Source: Amoebophrya sp. A120 (lineage: Eukaryota; Protista; Dinoflagellata). From it: DNA of 7,187 nt. The stretch is from contig CAJINV010000103.1 of the NCBI GenBank assembly GCA_905178155.1, positions 1 to 7,187 on the forward strand, read 5' to 3'. The position numbers and the translations under genes are program-made. Below the pieces are notes generated by a model, which made no database searches, had not been told where the DNA came from, and saw only the letters and a list, made by a program, of their open reading frames with translations. Position 1 is the first letter of the stretch. The number at the start of each line of letters is the position of its first letter. This document shows, one piece after another, positions 6,672 through 7,187 of this stretch.

Positions 6672-7187
6672 GTGTGGCGAGTAGTGTAGCACCTAAAACT
6701 TGCGCCAAGTACGACTACTTGTGCTCGACAGACTCGGGCACCGCAGAGCAGTTAACCCTCCACCATAGCACTACACTAATAAGACTACTACTTCCCGATG
6801 CGTGTGTGCAGGGCGGGCCACAAAAAGCGGTCTTGTAGTGAAGTAACAGTCGAACTAGCGCGCCAAGTCTGAACACAGACTTTTTTCCTAAACCCTGTCT
6901 ATTGTATTGGTAACTGAAAGAGGGCAGCCAGTGCACCTGCCATGTCCGTGGTCGTGAGCAGCTCAACGGTGGCCGGGGGAGGGCTCTTCTAGGGCAGTGT
7001 GGCTAGAAATGAAGATCAATTTTTCCGCGTTTTGCAAAATGTCACAAATATACCCAGAACAGTGATACAATAAGGGACGCAGAATAGCCATATTTTATTA
7101 TGTCCGACGCGGCCGGTAGAATGGCACGCCGTCTGGTCCCGAAAAGAAGCAGCGCCCGGAGAGCGGGGCGAAGCGCAGTCGACCCTC

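Noticed and set aside
6887-6896. CCTAAACCCT, resembling a TTTAGGG telomere unit
   Set aside because: Only about one unit; expected by chance.
5734-6966. Overlapping ORFs of 63-210 aa in the GC-rich region
   Set aside because: Mostly low-complexity R/A/G/P peptides expected from stop-poor GC-rich DNA; no domain or codon signal.

Overview
Eukaryotic genomic DNA, most likely from an alveolate of the dinoflagellate/syndinean type; this taxonomy is inferred, not proven. The left half holds the 5' part of a spliced minus-strand gene for the U5 snRNP 200 kDa helicase Brr2/SNRNP200. I resolved it by hand into five exons: complement(join(258..1872, 2056..2664, 2798..2966, 3164..3459, 3616..3895)). 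That gives 989 codons plus 2 nt with consistent phases, four complete GT-AG introns (133-197 bp), and a fifth intron that runs off the window and contains a 13-bp minisatellite. About 0.93 kb upstream on the same strand is an intronless 350-aa ORF with a C-terminal DUF1330-like domain, a possible degenerate second copy, and an N-terminal PTS2-like nonapeptide. The right ~1.3 kb looks non-coding, with a very GC-rich, hairpin- and G-run-rich block that may be a dispersed repeat. The most notable signals are the atypical splice-site grammar (GTANT donors; CAG|G acceptors, three of four without a pyrimidine tract) and the possibly organelle-targeted, bacterial-type DUF1330 protein. No rRNA, tRNA, CRISPR array or transposase is evident, and I cannot demonstrate a new multi-gene system from this window alone.
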